Positions 58,001-64,000 of a stretch of 64,000 bases of DNA are shown here, in pieces. The notes beneath the pieces were generated by a model. The model was given only the letters and a program-made list of their open reading frames with translations. It had not been told where the DNA came from and ran no database searches. Position numbers and translations under genes: made by a program. Each line of letters starts with the position of its first letter. The stretch's first letter is position 1. This DNA comes from Acidobacteriota bacterium (lineage in GTDB: Bacteria > Acidobacteriota > Polarisedimenticolia > Gp22-AA2), in the NCBI GenBank assembly GCA_003223135.1, contig QHXX01000018.1, positions 65,904-129,903 of the forward strand, in the 5' to 3' direction.

Positions 58001-59389
58001 TCAATGCCCCGGTGACCCGGCCGCGTTCAACACCTTCAGGAACTCGTCGCCGGCCTTGTAGACGCTCCCGGCGCCCATCGTGACCACCATGTCGCCGTCC
58101 CTGGCCCGCTCCAGAAGCCACTCGGGAACCTTCTTCAGGTCCTTCACCAACGTCACGTCCTTGTGACCGTGCGTCTTGATCGCCTGCGCCATCCCCTCGG
58201 CCGTGACGCCTGGAATCGGGGCCTCGCCGGCCGGATAGATGTCGCACACCGCCAGGACATCGGCGTCGTAGAAGGAGCCGGCGAATTCGCCGAGAAGCGC
58301 CTTGACGCGCGTGTAGCGGTGCGGCTGGAACACGACCACCGTACGCCGCCCGAAGGACTTCTTCGCGGCGGCCAGGGTGGCCAGGATTTCCGACGGGTGG
58401 TGCCCGTAGTCGTCGATCACCATGATCCCCCGGCTCTCGCCCTTGAGCTGGAAGCGGCGATCGGCGCCGGAGAAGTGCTGGAGCTCCGCGGCGATGGTCT
58501 CGAACGGCACTTCCAGATCGAGCCCGCAGGCGATCGCCGCGAGGGAGTTCGCGATGCTGTGCCGGCCCGGCACGCGCAGGCCGACCCGCCCAAGCTTCTT
58601 TCCCTGCAGCAGCACCGTGTAGGCCGCCGTGAATCCGTGGAGCTCGATGTCGGACGCCGAGAGATCGGCCTGCGCCGAGAACCCGTAGGTCACGACACGG
58701 CGCGACAGGCGCTTTAGGATCTCCTGCACGCCCGGATCGTCGAGACAGACGATCCCGACCCCGTAGAACGGCACCTTGTTCAGAAAGTCGGCAAAAGCGC
58801 TCTGGAGCCGCGGCAGCTCGCCGTAGTGGTCGAGGTGCTCGGCGTCGATGTTGGTCACGACGGCGATGGTCGGCGTGAGGCGCAGGAACGATCCGTCGCT
58901 CTCGTCCGCCTCGGCGACCAGGAGATCGCCGCGCCCCAGCTTGGCGTTGCTCCCGAGGACACCCAGGCGTCCTCCGATGATGATCGTCGGGTCGAGACCG
59001 GCGCCCGACAGGACCTGGGCCACCATCGAGGTGGTGGTGGTCTTGCCGTGCGAGCCGGCGATGGCGATGCCGTACTTGATGCGCATCAGCTCGGCCAGCA
59101 TCTCGGCGCGCGGGATGACCGGGATCTGCCGGCGGCGGGCCTCCAGGACCTCCGGGTTGTCCGACCGCACCGCGGAGGAAACGACGACGACGTCAGCGTC
59201 GCCGACGTTCTCGGCCGTGTGGCCGCGGGTGACACGCCCCCCCAGGGTCCGCAGGCGCTGCACCGTCGCCCCCTCCTCGAGGTCGCTGCCCGTCACCTGG
59301 TAGCCGAGGTTGATCAGCACCTCGGCGATGCCGCTCATGCCGATGCCCCCGATTCCCACGAAATGAATGCGGCGCGTCTTACGGAGCAT
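58001..59389 (-). CDS. murC: UDP-N-acetylmuramate-L-alanine ligase
   Basis: [41 protein letters not shown]. Confidence 0.97.
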   Translation of the reverse strand: MLRKTRRIHFVGIGGIGMSGIAEVLINLGYQVTGSDLEEGATVQRLRTLGGRVTRGHTAENVGDADVVVVSSAVRSDNPEVLEARRRQIPVIPRAEMLAELMRIKYGIAIAGSHGKTTTTSMVAQVLSGAGLDPTIIIGGRLGVLGSNAKLGRGDLLVAEADESDGSFLRLTPTIAVVTNIDAEHLDHYGELPRLQSAFADFLNKVPFYGVGIVCLDDPGVQEILKRLSRRVVTYGFSAQADLSASDIELHGFTAAYTVLLQGKKLGRVGLRVPGRHSIANSLAAIACGLDLEVPFETIAAELQHFSGADRRFQLKGESRGIMVIDDYGHHPSEILATLAAAKKSFGRRTVVVFQPHRYTRVKALLGEFAGSFYDADVLAVCDIYPAGEAPIPGVTAEGMAQAIKTHGHKDVTLVKDLKKVPEWLLERARDGDMVVTMGAGSVYKAGDEFLKVLNAAGSPGH

Positions 59390-59432
59390 CACCAAGGCCT
59401 TCGCCTCCCGCGCGCGTAAGCACCCGCACGTC

Positions 59433-60509
59433 TCACGCCAGCATCTCCTCGACCATGTCCACGATGCGCGCGGCGGCGTCCGGGCGCGCCAGGGACGCGG
59501 CGGAGCGCTCCATCGCCACGACGCGCCCCGGGTCTTCACGGAGCCTCAGGATCGTCTTCGCCAGCTCCTCGCCGGCAAGGGACGATTCCTCCATCAGGAG
59601 GGCCGCGCCCGCCTCCTCGAGCTTGCGCGCGTTGTAGCGCTGGTGGTCGTGGGCGGAGGTCGGGAGCGGTACTAAGATCGAGGCCTTGCCGCAGGCGGCG
59701 ATCTCCGACACGCTGCTGGCTCCGGCGCGGGCGATCACCAGGTCCGCCCACTCGTACGCCTCGCGGATGTTCGTGATGTACGGCACCACATTCGCCTCGA
59801 ATCCGTGTCCCGAGTAGGCCGCCGACAGGCGTTCATGGTCGCGGGCGCCCGTCCCGTGCCAAAACCGCAGACCGAGCCTGTGCGCCCTCAAGTGGGGGAG
59901 TGCGTCGACGACAGCGCCGTTGATCGCCTTGGCCCCCTGACTGCCGCCGAAGACGAGGATATTGAAGGTGTCGCCCCGCGCCTTGCGCCTCGCCCCCCTG
60001 AAGGCGGCGCGGATCGGGTTGCCGGTCGGCTCGCCGCGCCCGCCGAAGTAGTGCCGGGTCTCCTCGAACGACACCGCCACCCTGCGCACCCACGGTGCCA
60101 GGAGCCGGTTGGTCAGCCCCGGGTAGTAGTTCTGCTCGTGAATGAGGGCGGGCAGGCGCAGCATCACCGCCGCCATCACCATGGGTCCGGAGGCGTAGCC
60201 GCCGACCCCGATCACCACCTTCGGCCTCAGCCGCATGAGTGTCCGGATCGACTGGGCGAAGCCGGCCATCGCCCGGCCGATCCCCCGCATCCTCCCGGCC
60301 AGAGATTTGCCCACGATCCCGCCGCTCTTGATGGCGACGAGACGAAAGCCGTGGGGCTCGAGGATGTCACGCTCGAGCTTCGTGCCCGCTCCCGCGAACA
60401 CGATTTCGACGCCCCGGCGCCGCGCCGCGAGTTCCTCGGCGATCGAGATGCCGGGGTACAGGTGGCCGCCGGTCCCGCCACCGGCGATGACGATCGTCTC
60501 GGCCGCCAC
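59433..60509 (-). CDS. murG: Lipid II GlcNAc transferase
   Basis: [36 protein letters not shown]. Confidence 0.97.
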   Translation of the reverse strand: MAAETIVIAGGGTGGHLYPGISIAEELAARRRGVEIVFAGAGTKLERDILEPHGFRLVAIKSGGIVGKSLAGRMRGIGRAMAGFAQSIRTLMRLRPKVVIGVGGYASGPMVMAAVMLRLPALIHEQNYYPGLTNRLLAPWVRRVAVSFEETRHYFGGRGEPTGNPIRAAFRGARRKARGDTFNILVFGGSQGAKAINGAVVDALPHLRAHRLGLRFWHGTGARDHERLSAAYSGHGFEANVVPYITNIREAYEWADLVIARAGASSVSEIAACGKASILVPLPTSAHDHQRYNARKLEEAGAALLMEESSLAGEELAKTILRLREDPGRVVAMERSAASLARPDAAARIVDMVEEMLA

Positions 60510-60523
60510 GTCCGGGGGCAGGC

Positions 60524-61615
60524 CTACGACGAATGCTGCGAAATGTTCAGCAGCACCCCGAGGGCGCACAGGCTGACGACCAGGCTCGAGCCCCCGTACG
60601 ACAGGAACGGCAGCGGGATCCCCTTCGTCGGCATCAAACCCAGCGTCACGGCCATGTTCAGCATCGCCTGCACGACCAGCCAGATCGTAATCCCCATCCC
60701 GAGGTAATAACCACCGCGGTCCGGGGCGCCGGCCGCCGCCACGACGCCGCGCCAAAACAGTACGCCGAACGCGACGATCACCGCCGCGGCCCCGATGAGC
60801 CCCAGCTCTTCGGAGATCACCGAGAACACGAAATCGGTGTGCGGCTCCGGCAGGAAAAACAGCTTCTGACGGCTCTCCCCGACGCCCTGGCCGTGCAGTC
60901 CGCCGCTGGCCACCGCCAGGATCGACTGGCGCACCTGGAAGCCGGCCCCCAGCGGGTCGTCGTCCGGGTTCATGAAGGACAGGATGCGGCGCACGCGGTA
61001 CGGCGCCTGCAGGATCAGGAGACCGATCGCCAGGGCGCAGGCGCCGCCGCTGAACACGAGGTAGCGCCAGCGCAGCCCGGCGAGAAACAGAAGCACGATC
61101 GCCAGGAGGACGTAGATTGCCGCCGTACCGAGGTCGGGCTGCAGGTACACCAGGAGGGCGAGCTGCCCGACCACGACGACGCAGGGGATGATCGTGCCGA
61201 CGACGTCGTTGACCCGCGCCTCCTTGCGCGCCATGAGATACGCCAGGAACAGGATGAGCGCCAGCTTGCCGATCTCGGACGGCTGGATCTGCACCGGCCC
61301 CAGGACGATCCAGCGATGGACCTGGTGCGCACGGTCGGAAGCCAGGGCCACGATCAGAAGCACCGTGCTCGCGAGGATGCCGAAGTAGACCACCGGCCGC
61401 TTCAGGAGGCGGCGGTAGTCGACGTGCATCGCCACGATCATGCCGCCGATGCCGAGGGCGGCGGCGATCGCCTGTTTCACCAGGAACAGGTGGGCGTTGC
61501 CGAAGCGCTCCAGGGCGATGACCGCCGAGGCGCTGTAGATCATCACCAGACCGAACAGGGTGAGGCCGATCCCCACGCCGAAGAGCGTCTTGTCGAAGGC
61601 CAGCTTGCGCGCCAT
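60524..61615 (-). CDS. ftsW: Peptidoglycan polymerase FtsW
   Basis: GLVMIYSAS, IQPSEIGK, QPDLGT, LPEPHTDF, EELG, GIPLPFLSYGGSS. Confidence 0.96.
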   Translation of the reverse strand: MARKLAFDKTLFGVGIGLTLFGLVMIYSASAVIALERFGNAHLFLVKQAIAAALGIGGMIVAMHVDYRRLLKRPVVYFGILASTVLLIVALASDRAHQVHRWIVLGPVQIQPSEIGKLALILFLAYLMARKEARVNDVVGTIIPCVVVVGQLALLVYLQPDLGTAAIYVLLAIVLLFLAGLRWRYLVFSGGACALAIGLLILQAPYRVRRILSFMNPDDDPLGAGFQVRQSILAVASGGLHGQGVGESRQKLFFLPEPHTDFVFSVISEELGLIGAAAVIVAFGVLFWRGVVAAAGAPDRGGYYLGMGITIWLVVQAMLNMAVTLGLMPTKGIPLPFLSYGGSSLVVSLCALGVLLNISQHSS

Positions 61616-63003
61616 CATGACCTCGGCAGAAGGCGGAGGACGAGGCGGCGGAAATCCTCGCCGCGCTCCTCGAAACCGGTGTACTGGTCGAACGAGGCGC
61701 AGGCCGGCGCCAGGAGGACGACGCTGCCCTCCTCGGCGACCTGCCGCGCTGCCTCGACGGCCTCCGACATGCTCACGACCTTCGTCGTCGGGACGATCGT
61801 TCCGAGCTGCGCCGCGATCACGTCGCGCGCCTTTCCCATGAGCACCAGGTGCGCCACCCGCTCGCGTATGAGCGGGATGAGCCGCGGGAAGTCGCCTCCC
61901 TTGTCCTTGCCGCCCAAAATGAGCACGACCCTGCCCGGGAAGCTCTCCAGCGACTTGATCGTCGCGCTCACGTTCGTGGCCTTGGAGTCGTTGTACCAGG
62001 TCACGCCGCCGACGTGGAGTACCTTCTCGAGCCGGTGCGGCAGGCCGCGGAAGCCCGCAAGGGCGCGCTCGGCGCGCGGCAGGGGGACGCCGCACAGGTC
62101 GGTGACGAGCAGGGCGGTCATGACGTTTTCGACGTTGTGCGCCCCGAACAGCGGGATCGAGGCGAGGGAGATCGCCCGGATGTCGCGACCATCCCTGCGG
62201 ACCACGATCCGATCGTCCCTCAAGCAGGCCCCATCCTCGACCGTGGTCGCGCGGCTGAACGGGTGGACGTGCGCCTTGAGGGTCTTCGCCAGACCCCAGA
62301 CCTCCTCGTCGTCACGATTCAGGATGGCGTGGTCGGCCCTCCCCTGGTTCCTGAAGATGCGGGCCTTGGCCTGGTAGTACGGCACGGGGTCCGGGTAGCG
62401 GTCCTGATGGTCGGGGGACAGGTTCAAAAGCGCGGCGATCCAGGGGCGGAAGGTGTCGATGCCTTCGAGCTGGAACGACGAGAGCTCGACGACGTAGTAG
62501 TGATCGGGCGCGTCCTTCGGGATCAGGTCGGTCAGGGGCAGCCCGATGTTGCCGCAAGCGGTCGCCCGGAGGCCGGCCTGCGCGAGCAGATGCGCCGTCA
62601 GCGCCGTCGTCGTGCTCTTCCCGTTCGTGCCGGTGATGCCGATCAGGATCCCCTGCAGGAACCACGAGGCGAGCTCGACCTCGGCCACCACGCGCACGCT
62701 CCTGCGCCTCGCCTCGGCGATCGGCTCGATGGTAAGCGGGACGCCGGGGCTGACGGCGACGAGATCGGCCGAGGTGAAGCTCGTCACGTCGTGTCCGCCG
62801 AGCTCGAGTCTCGCCCCTGCGCGCCCGAGGGTTCCGACCTCCGCGCCGAGGTTTTCGAGCGGCTTGAGGTCCGTCAGGACAACGGACGCCTGGCGCGACA
62901 CCAGGAAGCGCGCCATCGCCACGCCGCTTTTCGACGCGCCGACCACGACGACACGACTGCCGGCGAGGCGGGGCGGGGTCGGGGGCCTGGGGAGCGCGCT
63001 CAT
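61615..63003 (-). CDS. murD: UDP-MurNAc-L-Ala-D-glutamate ligase
   Basis: SPGVP, ITGTNGKSTT, ELSSFQL, NDSKATN, PACASFDQ. Confidence 0.97.
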   Translation of the reverse strand: MSALPRPPTPPRLAGSRVVVVGASKSGVAMARFLVSRQASVVLTDLKPLENLGAEVGTLGRAGARLELGGHDVTSFTSADLVAVSPGVPLTIEPIAEARRRSVRVVAEVELASWFLQGILIGITGTNGKSTTTALTAHLLAQAGLRATACGNIGLPLTDLIPKDAPDHYYVVELSSFQLEGIDTFRPWIAALLNLSPDHQDRYPDPVPYYQAKARIFRNQGRADHAILNRDDEEVWGLAKTLKAHVHPFSRATTVEDGACLRDDRIVVRRDGRDIRAISLASIPLFGAHNVENVMTALLVTDLCGVPLPRAERALAGFRGLPHRLEKVLHVGGVTWYNDSKATNVSATIKSLESFPGRVVLILGGKDKGGDFPRLIPLIRERVAHLVLMGKARDVIAAQLGTIVPTTKVVSMSEAVEAARQVAEEGSVVLLAPACASFDQYTGFEERGEDFRRLVLRLLPRS

Positions 63004-63010
63004 CGCATCC

Positions 63011-64000
63011 CTATCGGAGTTTGAGGGTGGACAGCCCGATAAGCGAAAAGATGATGGCGATGATCCAGAAACGGATCACGACCTTCTGCTCCGGCCAGCC
63101 CGCGAGCTCGAAGTGGTGGTGGATCGGCGCCATCCTGAAAATCCGCTTACCTCGCAGCCGGAACGATGCAACTTGGAGGATCACCGACAGCGCCTCCACG
63201 ACGAACAACCCGCCGACGAAGACCAGGAGGATCTCCTGCTTGATCACGACGGCGACGGTCCCGAGAGTGGCCCCGATCGCCATCGAACCGACGTCTCCCA
63301 TGAACACCTCGGCCGGATTGCAATTGAACCAGAGAAAGCCGAGCGAGGCGCCGACCAGCGCACCGCAGATGATCGCCAGCTCCCCGCTGCCCTTGACGTT
63401 CGGCACGTCGAGGTAGCCTGAGACCTTCGCGTGCCCCGCGATGTAGGCGAGGATGGCGTAGGTCCCCGAGGCCACGAGAGACGAGCCGATCGCCAGGCCG
63501 TCCAGCCCGTCGGTCAGGTTGACCGCGTTCGCCGCTCCGACGATCACCAGCATCGCCCAGACAACGTACCAGCCGCCGAGATCGGGCGTCCACTTCTTGA
63601 AGAACGGGAACGAAAACTGCGTCGTGTAGCGCCCTTGGTCGGCGAGCCACAGGAGCCACAGGCCGAGCACGAGCGCCACGGCGATCTGAAGAGCCATCTT
63701 CTGTCTGAAAGTCAGCCCGAGGGACCTCTTCCGGGTGATCTTGAGGTAGTCGTCGGCGAAGCCGATGACCCCGTAGAGGAGCATGGATACGAGAACCATC
63801 CACACAAAGGGATTGGTGAGATCTGCCCAGAGAAGGGAGGGGAGCACCACCGCGATCAGGATGAGGAGCCCCCCCATGGTGGGTGTACCTTTCTTGGTTT
63901 GGTGGGAAAGAGGTCCCTCGGGTCTGATTTGCTGCCCAATTTGGAACTCGCGCAGTCTTCTGATCAAACCGGGTCCGAGGGCCAGGCTGATCAGAAGGGC
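63011..64000 (-). CDS. mraY: Phospho-N-acetylmuramoyl-pentapeptide transferase (5'-truncated by window edge)
   Basis: [42 protein letters not shown]. Confidence 0.97.
   Translation of the reverse strand, partial: ALLISLALGPGLIRRLREFQIGQQIRPEGPLSHQTKKGTPTMGGLLILIAVVLPSLLWADLTNPFVWMVLVSMLLYGVIGFADDYLKITRKRSLGLTFRQKMALQIAVALVLGLWLLWLADQGRYTTQFSFPFFKKWTPDLGGWYVVWAMLVIVGAANAVNLTDGLDGLAIGSSLVASGTYAILAYIAGHAKVSGYLDVPNVKGSGELAIICGALVGASLGFLWFNCNPAEVFMGDVGSMAIGATLGTVAVVIKQEILLVFVGGLFVVEALSVILQVASFRLRGKRIFRMAPIHHHFELAGWPEQKVVIRFWIIAIIFSLIGLSTLKLR

Noticed and set aside
6641..63024. Numerous long antisense or alternate-frame ORFs (e.g. 6641-8197, 32105-33679, 41371-43161, 47797-49731, 60533-62377)
   Set aside because: Shadow ORFs expected in high-GC coding DNA; each overlaps a gene with clear family motifs

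Overview
This is a high-GC chromosomal window that looks like an Acidobacteriota genome (inferred from gene content and the Hfq-like protein; not proven). It is mostly housekeeping: the 3' end of mfd, two SurA/PrsA-type PPIases, hfq, pdxA, suhB, an interrupted dprA-topA-trmFO-xerC string, accD-MFS-folC, otsAB with a divergent GH15, an amgK/murU-like pair, and the dcw cluster (mraY to ftsZ). Three accessory modules stand out. (1) 31.2-37.0 kb: a sigma-54 promoter feeds directly into a c-di-GMP-I riboswitch, which precedes a secreted S8 protease with a C-terminal [G/S]LIW[G/S/A] repeat tail and a stand-alone MASE9-like membrane protein. After a terminator, a second sigma-54 promoter drives an HD-GYP-GAF-GGDEF enzyme whose N-terminus looks like an internally deleted copy of that membrane protein. 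This is a candidate protease/peptide-to-c-di-GMP feedback signalling circuit. (2) 19.5-27.3 kb: a five-gene synthase-dependent exopolysaccharide-like operon (TPR-glycoside hydrolase, TPR-beta-barrel, lone receiver, membrane HEAT protein, QxxRW GT2). (3) 38.6-42.2 kb: a metal-uptake operon led by a small CxxC/RAPP (DUF2946/CutF-like) putative arrest-peptide ORF. I saw no rRNA, tRNA, CRISPR array or transposase. All family assignments come from motif recognition by eye, not from database searches.
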